A DNA stretch of 64,000 nt from Desulfomicrobium sp. (lineage in GTDB: Bacteria; Desulfobacterota; Desulfovibrionia; Desulfovibrionales; Desulfomicrobiaceae): NCBI GenBank assembly GCA_040768745.1, contig JAXGMI010000001.1:1568001-1632000 (forward strand), given 5' to 3'. Shown piece after piece: positions 1 through 9,281 of this stretch (position 1 is the first letter of the stretch; each line of letters starts with the position of its first letter). Under the pieces are notes generated by a model, which was given only the letters and a program-made list of their open reading frames with translations, was not told the origin of the DNA and did not search any database. A program made the translations under genes and the position numbers.

Positions 1-44
1 GCCACATCCTCGGGGCGGGTCATGCCGCAGACCTTGATGATCAT
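1..44 (-). CDS. trpF: Phosphoribosylanthranilate isomerase, N-terminal part (runs off window)
   Basis: Reverse strand reads MIIKVCGMTRPEDV from an ATG overlapping the trpC stop (ATGA); typical TrpF KxCG start. Confidence 0.85.
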   Translation of the reverse strand, partial: MIIKVCGMTRPEDV

Positions 45-813
45 GACGCCTCCCCAGTCAGACCGGCCAATCCATGACCGGGGTCGGGGTTTTTCATCAA
101 CGCCGTGCCGACGAGGAGGCCGTCCAGGCCGGCGGATTTGAGTTCCCGGACGTGTGCGGGGGTGGAGATGCCGCTGGCTCCGATCCAGATTTCACCTTCC
201 TCCTTGCGGCGCACCAGGGTCAGGCAGCGGTTGAGGTCTGTTTGCAGCGTATCCAGGTCGCGGTTGTTGACCTGGATGATGGAGCTCTTGATCTCCTTGG
301 CCCGGTCCAAATCCCTTTCGTCGAACACTTCCACCACCGGCTCCAGCCCCAGTTCCAGGCACCGGGCGTGCAGTCCGGCCAGTTCATCCTGGGTCCGGAA
401 CATGCGCACGATGAGCAGGATGGCCGAGGCCGGCGTGGCAGCGGTGGCCTCCACCTGCAGGGGATGGAGGATGAAATCCTTGCGCAACAACGGCAGGCCG
501 ATATGCCCGGTCTCTGTCAGATGGTCGAGCCTGCCCTTGAAGTAACGGGTTTCGGTCAGGATGGACAAAGCGCAGGCCCCGGCCCTGGCGTAGCCCTCAC
601 ACGTCTCCCGGGGTGGGGCCCCAAGGTTGATGTCCCCTTTGGACGGGGAGGCCGCTTGTATTCAGCGATGATCCCGCTGGATCCTGACCTGGTCAGGGCC
701 GAGCCAAAGCCAGGCCTGGCCCCAGCCCATGGCGTGCATACATGCCCTGAGGCCTGCAAGCGCATCAGATCGGCGATCTCTTCAGTCTTGGCTTGGCGGA
801 ACAGGTCAAGCAT
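41..813 (-). CDS. trpC: Indole-3-glycerol phosphate synthase (one frameshift near 652, probably sequencing error)
   Basis: ORFs 556-813 (IIAEYKR) and 41-568 (SILTE, LRKDF, VNNRDL); adding one G restores RASPSKG. Confidence 0.9.
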
Positions 814-1807
814 GGCTCACTCCGCGTGACATCCCCCGGCTCACGTGTGCCCTGGCCTCGTTCATGGCCGCGTGCAGGGAAAGATGGTCTTCCAGCAGGT
901 GCAGGGCCAATCCCAGGTTCAGGGCGACCATGTCCTTGAGGGGTTGGGATCCACGACCTGAAAGGACTTCCCTTTGGCGTTGGAGGGCCTCGCCCCTGCT
1001 CGGACAACTCAGGTCCTGGGCGGAGCATGCGGCCATGCCGAATTCGTCGGGGTCAAGGTGGGCTTCGCGGACGCTGCCGTGTTCCACGAAGAGGATCCGT
1101 CCGGGTCCGCAAGGGGTCAGTTCGTCGAATCCTCCCGCTCCATGGACAATGGCTGCCCGATCCAAGCCCTGTCGTGTGGCCAGGACCCTGCCCATCATGG
1201 GGGCGAAACGGAAGTCCGGCACGCCCAGAATCTGATGAGTGGGCAAGGCCGGGTTCAGAAGAGGCCCCATGAGGTTGAATATGGTCCGGATGCCGAGCTG
1301 CTGGCGGATGGGCCCGACGTGCCGGAAGGCAGGGTGGAAGTGCGGGGCGAAGAGGAAGACGAAGTTGCGCTTGGCCAGTTCGACTTTGGCCGCTTCGGGG
1401 TCCGAAACCAGGGGATAGCCCAGGTCCTCGACGACATCGGCGCTGCCACATGTGCTCGATACGGCCCGGTTGCCGTGTTTGACCACCTGATATCCCCTGT
1501 CCGCCAGGAAGAAGGAGACGGCCGTGGAGCAGTTGAAGCTGTGCCGACAGTCCCCGCCGGTTCCGCAGGTGTCGATGCGTTTTCCTGAAAGGCCGGTGAT
1601 GAGTCGGGCGTGGCTCAGCGCCGCCTCCACGGCGGCCGAGAGTTCGTCGGCGGTTTCGCCCTTGGCCCGCAAGCCCAGCAGAAACGCACCGGCCTGTACG
1701 GGGGACACTTCCCCAGCCATGAAAAGGTCGAAGACTTCCTTGGCTTGATGGGCGGACAGGTCAGCGCCCGTGGACAGATGCTCGAGGATATGACTGATGG
1801 TGTTCAT
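806..1807 (-). CDS. trpD: Anthranilate phosphoribosyltransferase
   Basis: DTCGTGGD, KHGNRAVSS, FNLMGPLLNP motifs. Confidence 0.97.
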   Translation of the reverse strand: MNTISHILEHLSTGADLSAHQAKEVFDLFMAGEVSPVQAGAFLLGLRAKGETADELSAAVEAALSHARLITGLSGKRIDTCGTGGDCRHSFNCSTAVSFFLADRGYQVVKHGNRAVSSTCGSADVVEDLGYPLVSDPEAAKVELAKRNFVFLFAPHFHPAFRHVGPIRQQLGIRTIFNLMGPLLNPALPTHQILGVPDFRFAPMMGRVLATRQGLDRAAIVHGAGGFDELTPCGPGRILFVEHGSVREAHLDPDEFGMAACSAQDLSCPSRGEALQRQREVLSGRGSQPLKDMVALNLGLALHLLEDHLSLHAAMNEARAHVSRGMSRGVSHA

Positions 1808-1810
1808 GGT

Positions 1811-2398
1811 TCACTCCTGCGCTGTGGCGCACATGTTGATGAAGTTGCGGAGCAGCATGGGGCCTTCTGGTGTCAGGACCGACTCCGGATGAAACTGCAC
1901 CCCCAGCCATGGCCGGTCTTTGAAGGCCAATGCCATGACCTCGCCGCCATCTGCCCGGGCCGTGATGTCGAAAGGCAGATCCGTTCGGCCTTCCTCGTGC
2001 ACGGCCAGGGAATGGTAGCGGCCGACCTGCATGGGGTTGGGCAGACCGGCAAAAAGGCCAGTTCCGCTGTGGTGGATGTCCGATGTTTTGCCGTGCATGA
2101 TTCGCCGGGCCGAGCCCACGGTGACGCCACTGTGGTGCGAGAGGGTCTGGTGTCCCAGGCAGACGCCCAGGACGGGCACGGTGCGCGGCACCAGGTCCAG
2201 AAACCGCAGGCAAAGACCGGTGTTCCGCGGATGGCTCGGGCCGGGTGAGAGGATGACGCCGCGCAAGGCACTGTCTGCAGCCAGATCCAGAATTTCCGGT
2301 TCGTTGTTACGAAGCACGCAGGGATGTGCGCCCAAAGTCTGGAAAACCTGAACCAGGTTGAAAGTAAACGAGTCAAAGTTGTCGATCAGTAAAATCAT
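1811..2398 (-). CDS. trpG: Anthranilate synthase component II (glutamine amidotransferase)
   Basis: IDNFDSFT, SPGPS, GVCLGHQ, QFHPES. Confidence 0.96.
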   Translation of the reverse strand: MILLIDNFDSFTFNLVQVFQTLGAHPCVLRNNEPEILDLAADSALRGVILSPGPSHPRNTGLCLRFLDLVPRTVPVLGVCLGHQTLSHHSGVTVGSARRIMHGKTSDIHHSGTGLFAGLPNPMQVGRYHSLAVHEEGRTDLPFDITARADGGEVMALAFKDRPWLGVQFHPESVLTPEGPMLLRNFINMCATAQE

Positions 2399-2425
2399 CG
2401 CCGCCTCCCGTGCTGGTGATGGCCT

Positions 2426-3784
2426 TCAGATGGCCCGGGCCTTGTTGTGACATTCCTGCCATTCTTTTTCCGGATCTGAATCAAAGACGAGCCCGCGCAC
2501 CTGCCTGCCAATGGATCTGTCCGTCTTCGACCCACAGGGAGCGGATGGTGATGCCTGTGTCCAGATTGACCTGCCCCTGATCCAGTCCGATCCAGCCGAT
2601 GCCCCCGGCATAGGGCCCCCGGTCGAGCTGCTCCTCGTCGGCAATAATCTGCATGGCCCTGATCTTGGGCGCGCCAGAGACGGTCCCCGCCGGGAACCCG
2701 GCCTTCAATACGTCCATGGCGTCCAGGCCGTGGTCCAGTCTGGCCGAGAGATATGAGGTCAGATGCATGACGTGGGAGAAGCGTTCAACCTGCATGTATC
2801 TGTCCACGTGCACGGTGCCGGGAGCGGCGATGCGGCCCAGGTCGTTGCGGCCCAGGTCCACGAGCATGACGTGCTCGGCCCGCTCCTTTTCGTCGGCCTG
2901 CAGATCCTCGGCCAGTACCTGGTCCTCGGCCTCGGTGGCCCCGCGTACACGGGTTCCGGCAATGGGCCGCAATGCAGCAGTCCGTCCTCGCAGCGGATGA
3001 GCAGCTCAGGTGAGGAGCCCATGATCGTCAGGTTCTCGAAGGCCATGAAAAAGGTGTAGGGAGAGGGGTTGATCTGTCGCAGTCGACGGTAGAGTTCGAA
3101 GGGGGAGCCGGAGAACGGAGCGGAAAAACGGGTGGATAAAACAACCTGGATGGCTTCACCCTGGGTGATAAGATCCTTGGCAATGTGAACGCGGCGCAGG
3201 AATTCATCACGGTCCGGGGTACTGGTGATGGCTCCGACCACGGCAGGGGCAAGGGTGCGTGGCCGCTGGCAGCCGTTCAGGTTGGGGGTTGAGTCCAGCG
3301 TCAGGTAGCAGCAACGGTGGTGCAGGTGATCGAAGAGGATGACCTTGCCGGGCAGGACCATGACGGAACGGCCACCTTCAGGTGGGAGTCTGTCGGCCAT
3401 GGCCGGCTCGAAGATTCCGGCCATGTTGTACGCCAAGTACCCGCAAATGCTGCGGGTCATGGCCGGGAGCTTGCCCAGATTCTGAGGCCCGGTGACCGTC
3501 AAGGCCCCCATGCAGGCGCGCAGGCCGGGGATGTAGTCCTGTCCGCTGAATGCCATGAGAGCGTGCAGTCGGGGGTCGTAGCTCTGCACGTCGAGTTTAC
3601 CGCCCCGGCAGGACAGAATCAGTCTGTAATCCCAGCCGATGAGACTATATCGACCCAGACGGCCGTCCACTTCGGTACTTTCGAGCAGAAAGCCCTGCTT
3701 GTCGCGCACGAGGGTCAGGTACAGGGAGATGGGGGTCTGGGTGTCCGCCGGGAGCCAGGTTCCTTGTTGGGGTAAGGTGATCAT
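2426..3784 (-). CDS. trpE: Anthranilate synthase component I (frameshifts near 2972, 2496 and probably 2428; the true end may be near 2373)
   Basis: Pieces 2759-3784 (NPSPY, GSSPE), 2481-2972 (RPIAGT, EHVMLVDLGRND, PAGTVSGAPK) and 2426-2644 (LVFDSDP). Confidence 0.9.
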
Positions 3785-3817
3785 GGTGTCTCCATCATCG
3801 TCGTCGCATTATGGAAT

Positions 3818-3853
3818 AAAAAAGGCCGGATCCTGCAGGAGGATCCGGCCTTT
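3818..3853 (-). terminator. Intrinsic terminator between tyrA and trpE (attenuator terminator)
   Basis: Minus strand AAAGGCCGGATCCT-CCTGC-AGGATCCGGCCTTT followed by further U residues. Confidence 0.9.
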
Positions 3854-3938
3854 CTCGCCTTTTTTTACCGTACCGAGACGGCAGCGCATGCCGTCAGGAA
3901 GCGGGTCCCCCTGCGTCATGCTTCGTGCGCCACCACCA
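3818..3938 (-). promoter_or_regulatory. Putative Trp-sensing attenuator using the 3' end of tyrA as leader
   Basis: TGG TGG TGG at 3930-3938; antiterminator strand GCAGGGGGACCCG (3902-3914) can pair with CGGATCCTCCTGC (3835-3847) in the terminator's 5' arm and loop. Confidence 0.8.
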
Positions 3939-4672
3939 CAGAGCCTTCTGGCTCAGCAGTTCCAGATCGCCGCCCGCGGCAACGTTCAAATACGACCGGA
4001 ACATGCGCACCGCCTCAAGGCTGTGGGGGTTGGCCTCGAACATGGTGGTGAAGAGTGACGCATCCTCGGTGATCATCTTCGTGGCCGCCTCCACGCGCCG
4101 ACCGAACGAGGGCGTGAAGAACCGCTCGATTCCGGTTTCCAGGGGGAAGCGCAAAGGTAGGCGACGGTGGTCACGAAGTTGAGTCCTTGAATATAGGCCA
4201 TGGCACGGTCATGCTCATCGGCCGTTGTGGTGAAGGGTGCAAAGCCCAGGTTGCGGAAGCAGTCCGATATATTATCGGTCGCTTCATGTCCACGCCCTTG
4301 AGTTACGGCAATTCGCAGCTCCGCGTCAAGGGTGGAGGGGCCAAAAAGCGGGTGGGTGCCGACCACGGGCGTGGTGGTGGCGGCGAGCATCTCATGCAGA
4401 GGCTGGACCTTGACCGAGCAGATGTCGGCCAGGATCGTTGTTGCAGAGAGGAACGGGGCGACGGCCCCGACCACCTCGCGCATGGCTTTGATGGGCACGC
4501 AAAGCAGGACCAGAGAAGCGCCGTGAACTGCTTGCGACAAGGATTCCGGGTCGAGGGGCTGGTTGACTTCGGAGACGGGGTATCCTGCGTTCTGGAAGGC
4601 GCGTACGAACCGGGCCCCCATCTGGCCCCTGGCCCCGATGACCACGACGGGCGACGCCGGACTAAGTTTCAT
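3894..4672 (-). CDS. tyrA: Prephenate/arogenate dehydrogenase (frameshift in a C-run near 4143)
   Basis: GARGQMG Rossmann motif, DICSVK, HPLFGP, EHDRAMAYIQGL; continues in ORF 3894-4154 ending ALWWWRTKHDAGGPAS. Confidence 0.9.
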
Positions 4673-6004
4673 GCGAGTCCTCCAATCCGTTGCCGAGGCG
4701 CACGAGGGACCAGGCGTCCCAGAATCCGGGGAAGGATTTGCTCACACAGTCCGGGTTGTCCAGATGCACACCGATTCCCTTCAGTTCCAGGAGGGAAAGG
4801 CTCATGGCCATGCGGTGGTCGCCATAGGTGCAAAGATTGACGCTGCAAGGTTGAAGGTTGCCGTCTCCACGAATGAGCATACCATCGGGGCGGGCCTCAA
4901 TATACACTCCGGCTTTGGACAGTTCCGTGACCGGCCCCTGAATCCGGTCGCATTCCTTCAAGGTCAGATGCGCGGCCCCGGAAATGACGGTTTCGCCATG
5001 GGCAAAAGCGGCCACGACGGCCACGGTGGGTACGATATCGGGGCAGGAACTCATGTCGATGTCCGCGCCCTGGAGGTTGGAGGGAAAAACTGTGACCGCT
5101 TCGTCCTGCCATTCGATCCGGGCCCCCATGCGGGAGAGGATATCCAGCATGACGCGGTCGCCCTGGGCCGAATCACGGTGCAGACCGGTGATCTGGACCG
5201 GAGTTGAGCCCAGTGCCCCGGCGGCCAGGAAATAGGATGCGTTGGACCAATCCCCTTCCACGCGCATGTTTCGGGCCCGGTAGGGAGCCGGGTCCACGAC
5301 AAGGCGAAGGTTTTCCGGGGCGAGGCCTGCGGCATCGGCGTGACTGCAGGAATGCCATGCATGACCTGTGCGGCGTTCCACAGCCGCAGGCACCCCAAAG
5401 CGGGCCATGGAATCCAGTGTCAGGGCCACATAGGGCCAGGAGGCCGCGTCTTTTCCCCGAGGCCGAATGAGCGTCCTGGTCTTGGCCAAGGGGGCCGCCA
5501 AAAGCAGGCCCGAAAGATACTGGCTGCTCTGCTCCAGATTGATGCTCACTTCGCCGCCATGGAGGCCTGGGCTGTCCAGGACCAGGGGCGGGTATCCCTT
5601 TTTTCTTCAAATACGATGTCGACGCCCTGCAGGGTGAGGGCGTCGGTCAGGTGGGCCATGGGACGATCATGCATGCGTCCCTCCCCGTGGATGCGATAGC
5701 GGCCGGGGATGGCCGCAGCCACGGCGGCCATGAGTCTGCACGTGGTGCCCGACTCCCCGACGTTCATGGAGATGAGTTCCGGGGTGGACGGGCGAGGCAG
5801 GTCGATGCCGCGGACAAAGAGCTTGCCGTCCACAGGCTCGATGGTTGCTCCCAGAAGACGCAGACAGTCCGTGGTTCGTGCCAGGTCCTGGCTGTTCAGC
5901 ACGTTTTCCAGCAGGGACACGCCGTTGGACAGAGCCGCACAGATCAGGGCCCGGTGGGAGAGGGATTTGGAGGAAGGGGCAGGAACGCGGACGGCTGTTT
6001 TCAT
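4662..6004 (-). CDS. aroA: EPSP synthase (frameshift in an A-run near 5600)
   Basis: SKSLSHR, GESGTTCR, SSQYLSGLL, KECDRI, DHRMAM, KSFP. Confidence 0.92.
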
Positions 6005-7113
6005 GTTTGTTCCTGCGGCACGCCGTTCCCGTAAAGCTGCGGCCCGGAGGGATAGCTGCCCAGAACGCGCATGGTATGGCAGAGTTTGGTCAGGTTGTGC
6101 ATGGTGCTTTCATACTGTTCCTGGGACAGGTCGCTTTCCACGTCCATGAAGAAGACGTATTTCCATTTTTCCCCCTTGAGTGGGCGGGACTCCAGCTTGG
6201 TCAAATTGAGCCCTTGGGCGGCCAGCAGGTTGAGGATCGCGGCCAGGGCCCCAGGGCGGTCCGCAGTGGTGAAGAGCAGCGAGGTCTTGTCCCTGCTGCT
6301 GCCGACTGTCGGAGTGGGACCGATGACCAGGAATCTGGTCCAGTTGTCCGGCAGATCCTGGATGTCCAGGGCCACGGCCTTCAGCGCGTAGCGTTCCACC
6401 AGACGCGGGTGCCCGATGGCGGCAGCGCCTTGGCCCTCTCGCTCGGCCTGCATTGCGGCGGCAGCCGTGCTGTCCGCTGGGATGACAGCGGCCTGCGGAA
6501 CGTTGTTCCGCAGCCACCCCGAGCACTGGGCCAGGGCCTGGGGATGGGAATACACCCTGCGCACCGTGGACAGATCGCTGTTTCTGGACAGGAGCGCATG
6601 GCTGATGCGGCTGAAGAGTTCGGCATGGATGTAGACGTTGTACTGCAGAAAAAGGTCCAGGCTCTGGCCGACGCTGCCTTGCAGGGAGTTTTCCAGGGGG
6701 ATGACCCCCAGATCGGCTTTGCGCGATGCCACGTTCAAAAAGACGTCGTGCAAGGTCTGGCAGGGCGCAAAGTCCATGGACTGGCCCAGGTATTCCAGGG
6801 CCGCCTGGTGGGTGAAGGTCCCCTCGGGCCCGAGGTAAGCCACGATCTGGGGCTGCTGCAGGCGCCGGGAGGAAGAGAGGATTTCGCGGTAAATGGCCCG
6901 CAGGTGGTCCTCCGGCAGGATTCCAGGGCTGATGGAGGCCAGGCGGTTCAATACCTCTTTTTCCCGGAAGGGTTTGAAGACCACATCCAGTGATTCGGAT
7001 TTGATCTGACCGACCTCGCGACTCAGGCCCGCCCTCTTGTTCAGAATCTCGACGATGCGGTCGTCCAGTTCGTCGATCTGTTCCCGGATCTCTGTCAGGC
7101 GTGCGCTGTTCAT
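6001..7113 (-). CDS. pheA: Chorismate mutase/prephenate dehydratase
   Basis: IREQIDELD CM domain, YLGPEGTFT, SHPQALAQC, NWTRF, ESRP; start at MNSARL. Confidence 0.95.
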   Translation of the reverse strand: MNSARLTEIREQIDELDDRIVEILNKRAGLSREVGQIKSESLDVVFKPFREKEVLNRLASISPGILPEDHLRAIYREILSSSRRLQQPQIVAYLGPEGTFTHQAALEYLGQSMDFAPCQTLHDVFLNVASRKADLGVIPLENSLQGSVGQSLDLFLQYNVYIHAELFSRISHALLSRNSDLSTVRRVYSHPQALAQCSGWLRNNVPQAAVIPADSTAAAAMQAEREGQGAAAIGHPRLVERYALKAVALDIQDLPDNWTRFLVIGPTPTVGSSRDKTSLLFTTADRPGALAAILNLLAAQGLNLTKLESRPLKGEKWKYVFFMDVESDLSQEQYESTMHNLTKLCHTMRVLGSYPSGPQLYGNGVPQEQT

Positions 7114-7115
7114 GA

Positions 7116-8084
7116 CTATTCCTTGATGTCCTCGGTGATGCGCATGCCGAAGTGGCGGCCGGCCTGATCCATGCGGCAGAGGACAGCGTCTCCGGGGTGC
7201 AGATCGACCACGCTGACAGGACAGCCATCGGGCCGGACCAGACGGATGGTCTCGGCGTTCTGCAGGAAGATGGAGCCCCTCCTGCCACCACACTCAGCCT
7301 CGATGAGCAGCATGGGCCGAACTTCCACTTTGCAGCGGCCGACTGTGGCCAGGGTGGTGGATCCGTCCGCGGCCACAATGAGCACTTCCGAGCCGGTGTC
7401 CAACTCGTCGAGATAGGAGGTTTTGTCCCCCGGCATGGCCGTGTAGGCGTGCACTGCGCCAGCATTGATGCGGAAGGGGCGCGGAGCGACGTAGGGGTTG
7501 GATTCTGTTTCAGCGTTGATGAGAAAAGTGAATGCGCTGGAGTTGCCGACCAGCATTCCTTGCCCGGACTGCAGACGGCTCATGGTGTCCACACAGACCC
7601 GGTGCCCCAGTCCTGCCGGTCTGACGGTGGTGATGTTTGCAGTGCCCAGGTCAAGAACTCCCTGGCTGAGCTTGAGTTCGCGGACGATGGATTTCAGATC
7701 GCCCACGGCCTGGGGCAGGACGACAAGGGTTTTGACCCCGCGCTCGAGGATGCCGGCGGCAAGTCTGGCCCGGTCAAGGCTGTCCACTTCCACAGCCAGG
7801 TTGTCGGACTGGGCCAGGATGTTCTCCACCGGAATGATTTCCCAGCCTTCCTTCAGAATAACGCGCTTGCCCTGGGACAGGAGATGTACGGCCACCTCCT
7901 CGTCGGGTTTGCCGGCCAGATGGACAAAGCACTGATCCTCTGCGGAAAGGACAGGAATTTTGCTCAAGGCCCGCACCGATTCCTCCCGCCCGAGTTCCAC
8001 GATGATCCCGTCCACCCCGGATTCCAGGGCCAGGGTGACGTGACCCTTGTCATAGGGGACAGCGTAAAAGAATACGTTCGTCAT
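7116..8084 (-). CDS. 3-dehydroquinate synthase II (archaeal-type AroB')
   Basis: WEIIPVENILA, RVCVDT, RPFRINAGAVHAY, LQNAETIRL, GRHFG. Confidence 0.93.
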   Translation of the reverse strand: MTNVFFYAVPYDKGHVTLALESGVDGIIVELGREESVRALSKIPVLSAEDQCFVHLAGKPDEEVAVHLLSQGKRVILKEGWEIIPVENILAQSDNLAVEVDSLDRARLAAGILERGVKTLVVLPQAVGDLKSIVRELKLSQGVLDLGTANITTVRPAGLGHRVCVDTMSRLQSGQGMLVGNSSAFTFLINAETESNPYVAPRPFRINAGAVHAYTAMPGDKTSYLDELDTGSEVLIVAADGSTTLATVGRCKVEVRPMLLIEAECGGRRGSIFLQNAETIRLVRPDGCPVSVVDLHPGDAVLCRMDQAGRHFGMRITEDIKE

Positions 8085-8097
8085 GATCGATCCGGCC

Positions 8098-8904
8098 TCA
8101 GAGTTTGGGTTCTTCGAGCAGGGCCAGGGCTTGGTCCACGGTGTAGTCCATGTGTACGACGGCATGCAGGGCCTGCACCAGGCGCGTGGGGTCCTTTGCC
8201 TGAAAGATGTTGCGGCCCATGGACAGCCCAGCACCACCCGAGGATATGGAATCGTGCGCCATCTGCAGGATATCGCGGGGCGAATCCATGCGGGGGCCGC
8301 CAGCGATGACAACGGGCACACAACACCCTTCGGTGACCGTGGCAAAGGACTCCGGGTCTCCGGTGTAGACGACCTTGATCACGTCCGCTCCCAGCTCTTC
8401 AGCGAGGCGTGCGCAGTGGGCCACAGTGGCGGGATCCCATTCTGATTTGACCTTGGGCCCACGGGCGTAGACCATGGCGAGGAGCGGCATGCCCCATTCG
8501 TCGCATTTGGAAACCACCTTCCCCATGTCCCGCAGCATGTCCCTTTCGGATTCGTCGCCAAGATTGAGATGGATTGACACAGCATCAGCACCGAGCTTGA
8601 TCCCGTCCTCAACGCTGCCGACCAGGATCTTGGCGTTGGGAAAGGGGGACAGTGTGGTGCTGGCCGAAAGATGGATGATCAGACCCACATCACGGCCGTG
8701 CCCGCGGTGTGCACATCGGGGCAAGCCCTTGTGCATCAGGACGGCATTGGCCCCGCCCTCGGCCACCTTGTTCACAGTGTCGCGCATGTCCACCAGGCCG
8801 GCAATGGGGCCGACCGTGGTGCCGTGATCAAGAGGGACGATGATGCTTCTGCCCGTGTTGCGGTTGAAAATCCTTTCCAGTCGAACGCTTTTTCCCATGT
8901 TCAT
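8098..8904 (-). CDS. 2-amino-3,7-dideoxy-D-threo-hept-6-ulosonate synthase (AroA', class I aldolase)
   Basis: PLDHG, HLSAST, GADVIK, AGGP, GRNIFQ; adjacent to AroB'. Confidence 0.9.
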   Translation of the reverse strand: MNMGKSVRLERIFNRNTGRSIIVPLDHGTTVGPIAGLVDMRDTVNKVAEGGANAVLMHKGLPRCAHRGHGRDVGLIIHLSASTTLSPFPNAKILVGSVEDGIKLGADAVSIHLNLGDESERDMLRDMGKVVSKCDEWGMPLLAMVYARGPKVKSEWDPATVAHCARLAEELGADVIKVVYTGDPESFATVTEGCCVPVVIAGGPRMDSPRDILQMAHDSISSGGAGLSMGRNIFQAKDPTRLVQALHAVVHMDYTVDQALALLEEPKL

Positions 8905-8944
8905 GGTGTCCTCCGGTTGTGGCCGGGGCTCCGGCGGCGCGTAT

Positions 8945-8980
8945 AAAAAAGGGCCGCCGGCGTGTCGCCTGCGGCCCTTT
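8945..8980 (-). terminator. Attenuator terminator of the aro/trp operon leader
   Basis: Minus strand AAAGGGCCGC…GCGGCCCTTTTTT. Confidence 0.88.
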
Positions 8981-9007
8981 GGTTGGTTTGCTCTGCGTGA
9001 AAATCGG

Positions 9008-9094
9008 CTAAAGCTGTACCTCCAGACCACAGGCTCTGTTAAAATAGAAGTACCAAAAAAAGTAGAGGCTGTGGGTGGAGGTGACGTTCGCCAT
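9008..9094 (-). CDS. Aromatic amino acid leader peptide MANVTSTHSLYFFWYFYFNRACGLEVQL
   Basis: 28 codons including 8 consecutive Tyr/Phe/Trp codons, directly upstream of a terminator, with alternative pairings available. Confidence 0.88.
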   Translation of the reverse strand: MANVTSTHSLYFFWYFYFNRACGLEVQL

Positions 9095-9104
9095 AGTGAT
9101 TGAG

Positions 9105-9134
9105 GCATTACTCAGTTTGGGAAGTAGGTGTCAA
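9105..9134 (-). promoter_or_regulatory. Putative sigma70 promoter for leader/aro operon
   Basis: TTGACA (9129-9134) and a weak -10 (AGTAAT) 16 nt downstream. Confidence 0.5.
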
Positions 9135-9281
9135 GGGTTTTTTGTGACCCCTGGTCATTTTTTCGACCGCCAGGTTCGGGTGTGGTTCAGCTCTTCGAGA
9201 AGGCATTTTCACATTGATGCACCGCCCAATCAAGGATAAGAAAAAGGCCATCTATTTGCAAAGGACCGAGGAGAAGGTTGC

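Noticed and set aside
41..6004. Pseudogenisation of the trp/aro pathway (auxotrophy)
   Set aside because: Only ±1 indels with intact catalytic motifs and intact attenuators; the pattern fits sequencing error.
5845..8309. Long antisense and alternative-frame ORFs (e.g. 5845-6993, 6110-7465, 7152-8309)
   Set aside because: Shadow ORFs of high-GC genes with no recognisable motifs.
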